Positions 48,645-57,811 of a stretch of DNA of 64,000 nt are shown piece after piece. A program made the position numbers and the translations under genes. The first letter of the stretch is position 1, and the number at the start of each line of letters is the position of its first letter. Origin of the DNA: a virus (taxonomy: Duplodnaviria > Heunggongvirae > Uroviricota > Caudoviricetes > Crassvirales); the IMG/VR virus record IMGVR_UViG_3300034082_001032. The stretch is one strand, 5' to 3'. A model generated the notes under the pieces. That model saw only the letters and a program-made list of their open reading frames with translations, did not search any database and was not told where the DNA came from.

Positions 48645-49802
48645 TTAAGGAATCAAAGTGCTAGTAGTAGAAGTTGTAGGCCATACAGTGGTGGTAGTAG
48701 ATGTAGTGCTTACACAAGCATTATCATCAGCTACAGAACCAAGACCTGCTACAAGAACCGCTTGAATAGCAGCAGTGAGTGCCTGAGGAACAGCAATGAT
48801 CACCATTGCATCTTCCTTAATGTAATCACCCCAAGAATAGGCAGACTTGTCATACTCGTTAAACTTGATGTAGAAGGTATCGTAGGTAGTACCGTCAGTT
48901 ACCCAAGACTCAAAGTTTTCGTTATAACCAGCCATCCTATAGAGATGCTTCAGGTAACCAGCTTGATAGCTGTAGAAGTTTTTCTCCAATTGCTTAATCT
49001 CATCAGAAGTACCTGAAGGGTAAGAAGCACGTTGAGTAACTTCAGCATTAGCTACAATGTTACAAGCATCTGCTACAATAAAGTCAGCAGTTGTAGCTGG
49101 TCCACTGTATACAAATGTACGGAAATACATTCTGTCATACTCCCAAGGGAATGCAGCAACATCACAAGGCTGACCATACTTGGTAAGAGGCTTACCAGAA
49201 ATACGGAGGATAGCATTCTGATCGTTACCAATCCTTTGGAATTGATAGAAATCATTGAAGTTGATGTTGTCTGGGTTGTTACCAGGAGCTTGCAAAGTCA
49301 ATTGAAAGATAAACTGATCAATCAATGCAGGAACATCAACGTTCTCACAAGGATCACCACCACAGTCACAGCAAGGAGCTTGAACAGTCACTGAGCGAGT
49401 GAACCCATTGAAATACAGAGTATCCAGATAAGAAGAATGGGCACGGAGTGTAAGGGTAACAATGTCACCACACTTTACGTTCCAACCATCAACATCAGTA
49501 ACTTGAGTAGCAGGTGTTGGACAACCAGTCACTTTATACCACTCGGTTACATTGGATTTACAAGTTCCTTCAACGCAACCTGCAATTTTGTCAGAGCGTT
49601 TTGAACCTTGAAGATAAGTGTTTGTTCTACCTTGAGCGAGATAAAAGTATGGTTTAGCAGCGATGTTAGCAGCAGTTGCTACACTATAATCACTTCTAAA
49701 GATACCAAACTGTCCTGCGGACAGGCCTTGCGTAGAACCAGAGCTAGGTAGAGAGTTTCCTACTGGAACTACGAAGAGCGTAGTTAATGAGAAATCAGCC
49801 AT
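48645..49802 (-). CDS. Structural protein (385 aa), probably abundant, ending in a Thr-rich tail 'TTSTTTTVWPTTSTTSTLIP'
   Basis: Beta-rich, with a Cys cluster 'APCCDCGGDPCEN'. It is followed by a strong terminator, which suggests high expression with attenuation. Confidence 0.5.
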   Translation of the reverse strand: MADFSLTTLFVVPVGNSLPSSGSTQGLSAGQFGIFRSDYSVATAANIAAKPYFYLAQGRTNTYLQGSKRSDKIAGCVEGTCKSNVTEWYKVTGCPTPATQVTDVDGWNVKCGDIVTLTLRAHSSYLDTLYFNGFTRSVTVQAPCCDCGGDPCENVDVPALIDQFIFQLTLQAPGNNPDNINFNDFYQFQRIGNDQNAILRISGKPLTKYGQPCDVAAFPWEYDRMYFRTFVYSGPATTADFIVADACNIVANAEVTQRASYPSGTSDEIKQLEKNFYSYQAGYLKHLYRMAGYNENFESWVTDGTTYDTFYIKFNEYDKSAYSWGDYIKEDAMVIIAVPQALTAAIQAVLVAGLGSVADDNACVSTTSTTTTVWPTTSTTSTLIP

Positions 49803-49830
49803 TTTGTGCTTATTTTAATTATTAAAAAAC

Positions 49831-50562
49831 TTATTCATTTGTCTGTATCCTATATATACTATTCTGGACAGCAGACTGATTTTCGGTGTACATTGCAAGA
49901 TTTTGAACTGTAAGATCTAGAAGTTCATCTTCTAGGTAAAGTTCTAGTTCACAATCTTGATCGAATGATGGTTCACCATCAAGCATTATGTATCCCTCTT
50001 TATTGATGTACTGAGGATACCTCATGTACGATATGTAAATTTTTGTGGGGGTAAATTCACCATCTGTAAAGATTGATATCTCATCAGATGATATAAAGTT
50101 AAAAGTTTCTTGGTATTCAAAAGAAGGTTTGTAATGATCGTTATTCAAAAGAAGTGACAAGTCACCATGTTTTGCAAGATCTTTGTTTATCCAAATCTTT
50201 CTATCTTTACATCTACCTTTGTCAGCCAATACATAACTATCAATATAGAACATGTATTTAGGATCTAACTCATGCAAATATGCAAACCACTGATTTAGTT
50301 GTATATTTTTTAAAGTTAACGTCAGTGGTTGGTGAGCATAGTTCACCACCAAACTTTGAAGATCTTCATACCTTTTCTTAAAGGAATCAAGTCCTAAACC
50401 AGATACCGTACTGAAACCATCAACTTTTTGTTTTATCAATTTGATTTGAGCTTCATTCAAAGCTAAAATCTTATCTTCTAATGCTATCTGTTGATGTTCG
50501 TTAGTTGATAGTTTATTTAGTTTCTGATCTATTTTATACAATAAACTATCTACAGGTATCAT
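49831..50562 (-). CDS. Hypothetical virion protein (243 aa)
   Basis: Intact ORF with a 4-nt overlap (ATGA type) with the upstream gene at 50559..50562. Confidence 0.45.
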   Translation of the reverse strand: MIPVDSLLYKIDQKLNKLSTNEHQQIALEDKILALNEAQIKLIKQKVDGFSTVSGLGLDSFKKRYEDLQSLVVNYAHQPLTLTLKNIQLNQWFAYLHELDPKYMFYIDSYVLADKGRCKDRKIWINKDLAKHGDLSLLLNNDHYKPSFEYQETFNFISSDEISIFTDGEFTPTKIYISYMRYPQYINKEGYIMLDGEPSFDQDCELELYLEDELLDLTVQNLAMYTENQSAVQNSIYRIQTNE

Positions 50563-51527
50563 ACAGAAGCTAGTTTTTTACTTTTAAGTTTTTGTTCAAG
50601 GGTAAGCAGTTCATCCTGATTATCATCATCAGCAAGGAATTTTACCAAATCTTCTTCATCCTTTGCCACTTCAAACTCACCTTCGTAAATTTTTCCATTA
50701 GGCTTAAGCCTGTATACAGAATGCGTCAGAGCTTGCTTTACCAAATCTTTAATATGGAGTAAGTTTTCTTTCATGTCAGCAAACCTGTTGAAAATCTCAA
50801 CTGGATTCAATCCTTGATATTTTCCGTTTTTGAATTCTGTTTGTTTAAGAACGTTATCAACTTGATTGTATACAGAATCTTCTCTAGAATCATCTGTAAC
50901 AGGAAGACCTAACAACCTTGCAACTTTTCTCTTCTTCTCAGGAGTCATTGAATCAAACTTCACAATAGCCTTATTGATGAGCTGTTTCTTTTTGAACACT
51001 ACAGCATTTTCAATATCTTCATCAGCTACATAGAACTGAGTGTCAGCAGGAAATTCACCACGCTCCCAAGCTTGATAGCTAGAAGCAATTGTTGGATGAA
51101 CTCTAAGCCATGCAAATGCAAGTTCTTGAAGAGGAACAGAGATATCAAAATAGTTATCTCCATCTATCAATTTTACAGGCTGTACATGCAATGTATCATC
51201 TGTAGATGTAGAGAGTCCATAATTCCAGAACTTAGAACGTGGTCCAAGATCAATTCCTCCAAGAGCATTTTGAAGCTTTTCACAAAGTTCTGTAACTCGT
51301 TCAACCTCAATTTCTCTTTCTGTAGGATCTGAAATTCTACGGATGTAGGATGCTTCAGGATTAAGTCCTGTCCTATACTGACCATCAAGTTCCTTGTATG
51401 GATACTTGAACACGCCTGTACCAGGTATTCTTGTAAGTCCTCTTTGTGCTAGACCACTTTGCATTGTTTGCAATTGTGTGCTATTGTAATCTCTTTTGAT
51501 TGTGGAAATTTTTCCTGTCTTACCCAT
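50559..51527 (-). CDS. Hypothetical head/neck protein (322 aa)
   Basis: Intact ORF, first gene after the MCP intergenic region. Confidence 0.45.
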   Translation of the reverse strand: MGKTGKISTIKRDYNSTQLQTMQSGLAQRGLTRIPGTGVFKYPYKELDGQYRTGLNPEASYIRRISDPTEREIEVERVTELCEKLQNALGGIDLGPRSKFWNYGLSTSTDDTLHVQPVKLIDGDNYFDISVPLQELAFAWLRVHPTIASSYQAWERGEFPADTQFYVADEDIENAVVFKKKQLINKAIVKFDSMTPEKKRKVARLLGLPVTDDSREDSVYNQVDNVLKQTEFKNGKYQGLNPVEIFNRFADMKENLLHIKDLVKQALTHSVYRLKPNGKIYEGEFEVAKDEEDLVKFLADDDNQDELLTLEQKLKSKKLASV

Positions 51528-51672
51528 TTTATGTAGTTTTGATTTGGTTTATAAAAAGTTGACTTTTCTATTTACACTTACCCATATGTAGTTTAAGTTG
51601 CAGAGTGCTTCCACTGAAGGAGTAGCGAATGGGAGACACCCCAATCCAACACTCTGTAGTTTGAGAAGAGCA

Positions 51673-51693
51673 CCCCCACAGGGAACGTGGGGG
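51673..51693 (-). terminator. GC-rich hairpin 'CCCCCAC-agggaac-GTGGGGG' downstream of the MCP stop (terminator or attenuator candidate)
   Basis: 7-bp perfect GC stem located 50-70 nt after the stop of the major capsid gene. The trailing minus-strand sequence, UGCUCUUCUC, is only moderately U-rich. Confidence 0.35.
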
Positions 51694-51716
51694 GCAATCT
51701 CTTCTCGGTATAGGGT

Positions 51717-51735
51717 CTAGGAATACTATTCCTAG
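51717..51735. promoter_or_regulatory. Perfect 19-nt palindrome CTAGGAATA-C-TATTCCTAG
   Basis: Seen directly, 9+1+9 with no mismatches, immediately after the MCP stop codon. It is a candidate dimeric-protein operator or RNA hairpin. Confidence 0.35.
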
Positions 51736-51744
51736 AGTGGATCC

Positions 51745-53298
51745 TTAGAATTGTGGGATCTCTTCAATCAAAACTGTACGAGACAAGTCTTCAATGAATA
51801 CATCACAACGGTCTTTCATCCAGATCTCATAACCAGGGAACTTGTTAGCTGAGCTCATACCCTGAGACTTAGCAAAACCAAGGTGGTGACGAGTTCCGTC
51901 AATATAACCCCAAGTCATAGAAGGAGCACCTTTCATCCTTACTTCACGGATGTTGTTCACCATTGAACCATCGCTCATTGGAGATACGTCAAACACCATA
52001 AATACAGGAGTAGATTTCTTGTTCTGACCAAATTCAAGGTTAGATTGTGGAAGATCCAATTCTTTCAAGTGAATCAGTTCAACACGACCAGTCTCACGAG
52101 TAACCATTGCATCAAATGCAAAGTTGTAAGTGATGTGCTGTCCTTCTCCTTGCATATAACGATTACCGCTATCTGCCATGAAAGTCAAGCCAGAATTCAA
52201 AGCATCTGTCTTAAGAGCTTGCTGGAATACATCGAAACCAGCTTCGTTTGTATACATTTTAACACGACGGTCTTTTACATCAACCCTACGATAGAACAGA
52301 TCTCCGAAAACTGAACGGATAAGGTTAGCAGAAAATTCACCACGGTTATATTGAACCAAGTTACCATTGTTACGCATCCTGTGATAAACACCAGCAGAAG
52401 TACGCTTCAATTCTTGCTTAGAACCATTTGTTTTAACAGTACCAGGCTTAGCCCAAATCATACGCTTAACTTTCAACTCAAGCATAGACTTACGCATCCA
52501 GAACTCAATGAATGGTTCCCATTTAACATCATTCCTAGTCAAAGGAAGTTGGTTCCTACGCTGTGGAGCGTAAACCAAAATGTCCAAAGGTTTGCCAGAA
52601 GCATCACGCATCATTTTGTCATCAGCCCACTCAGTGATTTTGTGCTCAAAACCATATGCAGAACCAAGAGATTCGAACATAGTGATTTGCTCACCCAAAC
52701 GAGGAAGACCCAAAAGATCTTGATCAAATTCACCGATAGCAGCATCAACAAGCTCAAGTTCAATTCCGTATTGCAGGAAAGTTGGGCTTACGAAGTCTAC
52801 AGTTGGGTTATCAGTGATGAGAGTGAAGTAATAAAGGTAGCCCATGTTCCAAGGAACTGGATCCTTAATAACGTAGAAACGAGGACCATACTGACGAGAA
52901 CCTACAGAAATAATAGCATTCTTAGAGAACTCATTAGTATCAAGAACAAGAGAGAACTCTTGACCATCAATACCAGGCTTAAGCAATTCTGCTGTAGAGC
53001 TTGGGATGTCGATGATTTTAGGGAACTTGTAAGGAACCGCAACCTGCCACTTCCATGCATCGCTGTTATTGTCGATGTAAAAAGGAGTAGACTTGTTGAT
53101 CATGTCCAAAAAGTCATTGCTGTAAAGAGAGCTCTGTGTGTAGAGGCTGATGATTTTCTTGTCGTAATCAGCAGGCTCAGTTGAGTGGAAGCTCTCCAGG
53201 TGGTTAGCATCAGTGAGCTTACCTACGGCACGTTTGTCCATAGAAGCAACACGAGCATACGTGAAACCAGTTAACCCTGGGATTGTTTGAATTGCCAT
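51745..53298 (-). CDS. Major capsid protein (517 aa; HK97-fold expected)
   Basis: Size and position: after portal and scaffold-like genes, and followed by a hairpin and palindrome. The layout matches the crAss-like TerL-portal-...-MCP order. No motif-level confirmation is possible by eye. Confidence 0.6.
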   Translation of the reverse strand: MAIQTIPGLTGFTYARVASMDKRAVGKLTDANHLESFHSTEPADYDKKIISLYTQSSLYSNDFLDMINKSTPFYIDNNSDAWKWQVAVPYKFPKIIDIPSSTAELLKPGIDGQEFSLVLDTNEFSKNAIISVGSRQYGPRFYVIKDPVPWNMGYLYYFTLITDNPTVDFVSPTFLQYGIELELVDAAIGEFDQDLLGLPRLGEQITMFESLGSAYGFEHKITEWADDKMMRDASGKPLDILVYAPQRRNQLPLTRNDVKWEPFIEFWMRKSMLELKVKRMIWAKPGTVKTNGSKQELKRTSAGVYHRMRNNGNLVQYNRGEFSANLIRSVFGDLFYRRVDVKDRRVKMYTNEAGFDVFQQALKTDALNSGLTFMADSGNRYMQGEGQHITYNFAFDAMVTRETGRVELIHLKELDLPQSNLEFGQNKKSTPVFMVFDVSPMSDGSMVNNIREVRMKGAPSMTWGYIDGTRHHLGFAKSQGMSSANKFPGYEIWMKDRCDVFIEDLSRTVLIEEIPQF

Positions 53299-53335
53299 TT
53301 TGTGTTATCTTTTTAAGTTAATATAGAAAAAAAAG

Positions 53336-54577
53336 TTAAATAAACCACGAGTTTGGCTTACTAGGTTTACTTGATTTCACTGAAGCTTTACTAGCTTGTC
53401 TAGCAACTTCACCAAACAATTCATTTGACTTTTTGGTGATGCCAGTCTTTTGAATCGTAGAAAGGGTGGGATCTTTTTCAATGATCTTTAGAAGAAGGGC
53501 AACCTTCACTTTCATTTCATGATTCTCTGGACGCTTCAGATCTAGGATGGTACGATCAAAGTCTGTGAGCTTTTCACCAGAGCTTGTTTTGTACTTATCA
53601 ACTAGAAGGAAATCTTGTAGTTCACCAGCAAGTTTGGGATTGATGGGAATCCCGTCAAATTCTTTTGCTTTGAGTTTCTCTTGCAAAACAGTTTGAACGT
53701 TATTTACATATTGCTGTTTATAAGCAGCTTGTTGTTGTAATTGTACTTCTTGTTCCTGTTCCATTTTAGCCAGCTTAGCTGACTCTTTTTTTACTAGCAC
53801 CTTGTGGTGTTTTGCTGCAACAGTTTCAAGATCACCGTAGTTTTTCAGACGCTCCACTTCTGTAGTGATGTCTTCAGGATCAAAGCCCTGATCTTCAAGA
53901 GCTTGTTTTATAACTGCCACTTGATTATTCTCTTGTGACAGATCCATTTCTGAAAAATTCTGTATTTGATTATATGTACCGAAATATTCTTTGGGGTCAA
54001 CACCCTTTACAAAGATGGCATCAAAGGCTTGTTGGTAATCTTCACCAAACTGTCCAATGAAATTGTTAACCACCTCAATTGCACCTTTTTTCTTTTCTGA
54101 GTTAAATCTTTCAAGGAATTCTTCAGCTGTAGAGATTGTTACATCTTCTTCTTCGTCATCCTTGGAGAATACGCCCAGTTTGAAAAGGTCTCTAGATAGA
54201 GCTGTGAATTGGGAAACCTCTTCTTCAGCTTCTTCACCATCTTTAGTTTCTTCAGCAGCAACTTCTTTCTTAACAGGAGCAGAAGGTGTTTCGTTATTAT
54301 CATCATCTTCTTCTGTATCTTCTCCGTACAGAAAACTTTGAATGTCAACAGTTTCTTCCTTCTTTTCTTCTTCTTTAGGTGCAGCAGCAGTTTTTGCTGA
54401 AGCCTTCTTTTCAGGAGCAGGAGCTGGTTCGTTGATATCTTTGATATCATCAGGGTTTCCTGTAGCGGTTTCTGGTCCCATCAAATCATTTAATAGATCT
54501 GTGTTGCCCATTCCCATTTCCATGGTGTCCTGAATACTGAAGTTCCCAAATTGGGGATTATCTAGATTTTCGGCCAT
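53336..54577 (-). CDS. Scaffolding-like protein (413 aa): acidic low-complexity N-half, coiled-coil, basic C-terminus
   Basis: 'EEEKKEETVD', 'EDTEEDDDNNETP' and 'EEAEEEVSQ' acidic tracts. 'KLAKMEQEQEVQLQQQAAYKQQ' coiled coil. C-terminal 'KASVKSSKPSKPNSWFI'. It lies between portal and MCP. Confidence 0.45.
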   Translation of the reverse strand: MAENLDNPQFGNFSIQDTMEMGMGNTDLLNDLMGPETATGNPDDIKDINEPAPAPEKKASAKTAAAPKEEEKKEETVDIQSFLYGEDTEEDDDNNETPSAPVKKEVAAEETKDGEEAEEEVSQFTALSRDLFKLGVFSKDDEEEDVTISTAEEFLERFNSEKKKGAIEVVNNFIGQFGEDYQQAFDAIFVKGVDPKEYFGTYNQIQNFSEMDLSQENNQVAVIKQALEDQGFDPEDITTEVERLKNYGDLETVAAKHHKVLVKKESAKLAKMEQEQEVQLQQQAAYKQQYVNNVQTVLQEKLKAKEFDGIPINPKLAGELQDFLLVDKYKTSSGEKLTDFDRTILDLKRPENHEMKVKVALLLKIIEKDPTLSTIQKTGITKKSNELFGEVARQASKASVKSSKPSKPNSWFI

Positions 54578-54605
54578 ATGTAGTTCTATTTAATTGGTTT
54601 TCAAT

Positions 54606-54636
54606 ACAAAAGTATAGTAGTTTAATTTATTAGCAA
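54606..54636 (-). promoter_or_regulatory. Bacteroidetes sigmaA-type promoter candidate (TTTG-N19-TACTTTTG) for the scaffold/capsid block
   Basis: Minus strand reads ...cTTTGctaataaattaaactactaTACTTTTGtattgaaaaccaattaaatagaactacATG. The -33 TTTG falls at 54633..54636 (plus) and the -7 TAnnTTTG at 54606..54613, with a 19-nt spacer and about 26 nt to the start codon. Confidence 0.5.
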
Positions 54637-54695
54637 AGAGAACGAACACTATATACCCCAATTTTGAAGATAATATAGCATTAATATTTTTTACT

Positions 54696-55226
54696 CTAAT
54701 CAAGTTTGTTTATGATGGAGTCATTAATTATCCTAAAACTTCTGATTGGAGCAATGTCTGTAAGTGTCACTTGTTGTATATCAACTCCCCACTTCTTTGC
54801 TTCAACCCTCACTTTTTTAGTAAGAACATTATCTATGTCTGGAGCTAAACATTCTTCTAAGGATGTAGTGATTATGATGTTTTTTATAATGGACTGCGTA
54901 ATGTCAGACAAGGCATCCTGTGCATCATAGACTTCCAAAAGGAATATCTTAACGTCTGATATCTTATATTTAATAACTCCTTTCACCACAATGTTCTGTT
55001 TATCCTGTGTGTACAAGGACTGTGGAGCAAGACTGAGTGTAGTTACTACCACATGCTGTGATATAACGTCATCAAATATTGGAAGTTTCACGTGGAACCC
55101 TGGACCTAGCACTTTTCTAAACTTACCATTTCTAAGAAGAACTGCTTCTTCATAGCTTGGTATAATGATTGCTGGTGACACATAGTGCCACCAGTCTAGT
55201 AATAAGTCTATAAGTCTATCAAACAT
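54696..55226 (-). CDS. SPFH/band-7 (stomatin/HflKC-like) domain protein (176 aa)
   Basis: 'VVKGVIKYKISDVKIFLLEVYDAQDALSDITQSIIKNIIITTSLEECLA...KKVRVEAKKWGVDIQQVTLTDIAPI' follows the SPFH pattern, ending in the ...WGI.V..V.I.DI.PP core. There is an N-terminal hydrophobic segment. Its ATG overlaps the portal stop. Confidence 0.5.
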   Translation of the reverse strand: MFDRLIDLLLDWWHYVSPAIIIPSYEEAVLLRNGKFRKVLGPGFHVKLPIFDDVISQHVVVTTLSLAPQSLYTQDKQNIVVKGVIKYKISDVKIFLLEVYDAQDALSDITQSIIKNIIITTSLEECLAPDIDNVLTKKVRVEAKKWGVDIQQVTLTDIAPIRSFRIINDSIINKLD

Positions 55227-57811
55227 TATTTAGATTTTTTAGCTCGTCCTTTAGCATTTTCTTTAGCAACAGCTAAGTCGTTTGCTTGATTCTCTCTAGC
55301 AATCTGTAACTTCTCTCTTTCAAGCTGAAGTTTCTCAGCAGCAAGCCTGTTCTTATTTTGAATGTCAGACATCTTAAGTTGATAGTCTTTTGCAGCTTTG
55401 GCTTCCTCGCTTGCAAACCTACTCATCTCAAGAACATCTGGAACTGCATTCTGATTAATATCTTCACTCTCCACTTTACCAAATCCTGTAGCTTGGATGA
55501 TGGCAATCTCTTTCTTACTAATCCTGTCAAGTTCTTTTTGATAGTTATCATTAGCAATCTTCTGCTCATTTTGAAGTTGAGCTTGTTCCAATTGGGCTTC
55601 AGCAATTTGTTGCTGTTGTTCCATTTGTTGCTGCTGTTGCTGCATTTGTTGATCCTGAAGCTGTTCCTGCCTTTCTTTTAATGTCTTAAACACTTTCTTC
55701 ATTCCTCTTATTGAGTTCGTAGAATAGAGCTCTATTACATCGTGGAGTGATCCTCCGTTCTGTAGAACAGCTTGAGACAAGCCTCTGATTTCCCTAAACA
55801 TCTCTCTATCTTCAGGACGATTTGTAGCAAACACTTTGAGGTCACGGAATCTAAGATCTGTACCGTTCACCTGAACAAATGCAGACTCTCCTTCAGATGT
55901 AATATATGAAAGAGTGGATTGTGGCTTTTTACTTTCTACATACAAAGAAGCATCAATAACTGCTTGATACAATTGTCCAAGTACATACTCATGAGCTACA
56001 AAAAGAGGTTCTGTTTGAGAATAACTCTGTTGGATTGCAGCATTTGTACCTGTAGCAGATTCACTGGCTGATATAGATCCCATCCTTTGTCTAGACATAC
56101 CAATAAGTTCCCAACACTCATTCTTCAATTGCATAGCAAGTTGATAACGAGATTGAATCTCCTGCGTACGTGTAAGGTCAATATCTCTAAACTGATTGAA
56201 GCTAGATGGACTTTTGAGGTTCTCAGGGGAGTCATCTATGAACACAACTCCTCTGTTCCTAGCTTCCATTTCCCAAATATCAAGAGCATCTTGTGCATCT
56301 CCATCTTTGGGAACTGGTACGTGCCTGATAGATGTCAAATAAACCTTACCCACTTCTTTCTCAAGGAGCTTATAAAGCTGATTCATACATACATTATACA
56401 ACACCTGGAAAGGCTTCATCAGATCAACCAGACTCTTAGCCTCAGTGTTCTTCACTTCATAAGTAATACCTATAATTGGGCAATAGTTCAAAAGATTGAA
56501 TGGTTTGATGTGGTAGATGTCTGGTCCAATCTTTGTACCCTGATACCACTGATTAATCCAACCCCATTCCAAAGATTGTTCTGTAGGAATAGTTCCTGAT
56601 TTGTAGTTTTCATCAACAAGGGTAGATTGTTCATTTCCCATCTCATCTACATAAATCAACTTTCCAATTTTTCTTTTACTAAGCCAATAAGTTCTAACCA
56701 CTACATACTTGTAACCAAAAGAGGACACATTAGATGTAAGTCCTAAGAAATCTTTAAGACCATCGTTGTTCTCCTTCATTTCACTCTCGATAATCATACG
56801 GGTTTGAAGGACCAGTGGATCAAATGTATCGTAAGTAACTGAGTCAATACCAGGACTGACATTCGGATTACCTAGATTAGATTCACGGACATTAATCAGT
56901 CCATAGTCTTGGAGAGAACTTCTCAAATGGTCAATTTCATCTTTGGTTAGGTCAGGAATACTCTCAATAATTTCTGAAAGTTCCATAACCTGCACTGTAC
57001 CAGCAGCATAAGCACCTTGTGCTCTACCTGTAGGATCAGATATATATTTCCTATCTGGTGTTGTTAAAAACCAGGTGTTCTTTGGATTAGCCACTTCAAT
57101 GTTATACCCAACCTTTGAGTTATCCTCGTAGATGTGATAGTATTCACGAGCAGAAATAAGCATGTCTCTAAATGCATCTTCTGATTTCTCTTTCAGATTG
57201 AAGTCTGCTTTCTGACAGGTGAGAACATGGTTTGCCCACTTTTCAGCTACAGAAGTGTAACTGTCAAGCTCATCCTTCACCTCATCGAAAGTCATTTGTT
57301 GAACTTGTTCGTCATCAACTTCTTCTCCAGACATGGCAACCTTTTCCATAATCTTCTGTCTTGCCTGAGCCATTACATAATCTTGGAGAATCTGTGTTTT
57401 AAACTCAAGCTCTTCAGATTGACTATCGTCATCAAATGCTTTAATTCTAAATGCATCAGGACGCTTAGATATCTCACCAACAAGTTCGTTAATTGGTGTA
57501 GTGATGATTGAATAATGTTTTACATAAGCAGGAAGATTCAAATCAGCCGTAAGCATATCTGTAAAACTTTTTACTTGTGGCTCCTGATAGAAGTCTTCCA
57601 TTCTAAGGATGCCCTTGACAAGATCGTAGTTTTTAACAAATGTATCCCTATTTTTTACATACTCAGCATATGCCTTGTTAGCAAAATAATCCATTGTGTT
57701 CTTAATCCAACTCTCGTCTCTCTTCTCTTTTTCAGTTTTGAACTGATCGGGAAATATGTTCAGATAGGCATACCTAATCGTAGCATCTTTCGTATATCTT
57801 ATAATTGCCAT
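55226..57811 (-). CDS. Portal protein (861 aa) with a Gln-rich coiled-coil C-terminal extension
   Basis: Immediately downstream of TerL, with a start/stop overlap at 57811. Size is typical of crAss-like portals. C-terminal 'QEQLQDQQMQQQQQQMEQQQQIAEAQLEQAQLQNEQK'. Confidence 0.65.
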   Translation of the reverse strand: MAIIRYTKDATIRYAYLNIFPDQFKTEKEKRDESWIKNTMDYFANKAYAEYVKNRDTFVKNYDLVKGILRMEDFYQEPQVKSFTDMLTADLNLPAYVKHYSIITTPINELVGEISKRPDAFRIKAFDDDSQSEELEFKTQILQDYVMAQARQKIMEKVAMSGEEVDDEQVQQMTFDEVKDELDSYTSVAEKWANHVLTCQKADFNLKEKSEDAFRDMLISAREYYHIYEDNSKVGYNIEVANPKNTWFLTTPDRKYISDPTGRAQGAYAAGTVQVMELSEIIESIPDLTKDEIDHLRSSLQDYGLINVRESNLGNPNVSPGIDSVTYDTFDPLVLQTRMIIESEMKENNDGLKDFLGLTSNVSSFGYKYVVVRTYWLSKRKIGKLIYVDEMGNEQSTLVDENYKSGTIPTEQSLEWGWINQWYQGTKIGPDIYHIKPFNLLNYCPIIGITYEVKNTEAKSLVDLMKPFQVLYNVCMNQLYKLLEKEVGKVYLTSIRHVPVPKDGDAQDALDIWEMEARNRGVVFIDDSPENLKSPSSFNQFRDIDLTRTQEIQSRYQLAMQLKNECWELIGMSRQRMGSISASESATGTNAAIQQSYSQTEPLFVAHEYVLGQLYQAVIDASLYVESKKPQSTLSYITSEGESAFVQVNGTDLRFRDLKVFATNRPEDREMFREIRGLSQAVLQNGGSLHDVIELYSTNSIRGMKKVFKTLKERQEQLQDQQMQQQQQQMEQQQQIAEAQLEQAQLQNEQKIANDNYQKELDRISKKEIAIIQATGFGKVESEDINQNAVPDVLEMSRFASEEAKAAKDYQLKMSDIQNKNRLAAEKLQLEREKLQIARENQANDLAVAKENAKGRAKKSK

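Noticed and set aside
51598-51660. Possible tRNA in the post-MCP spacer (7-bp terminal stem GCAGAGTG/CACTCTGT)
   Set aside because: Only about 42 nt lie between the stem arms. There is no GTTCRANYC T-loop and no anticodon-arm geometry. It fits a hairpin-rich UTR better.
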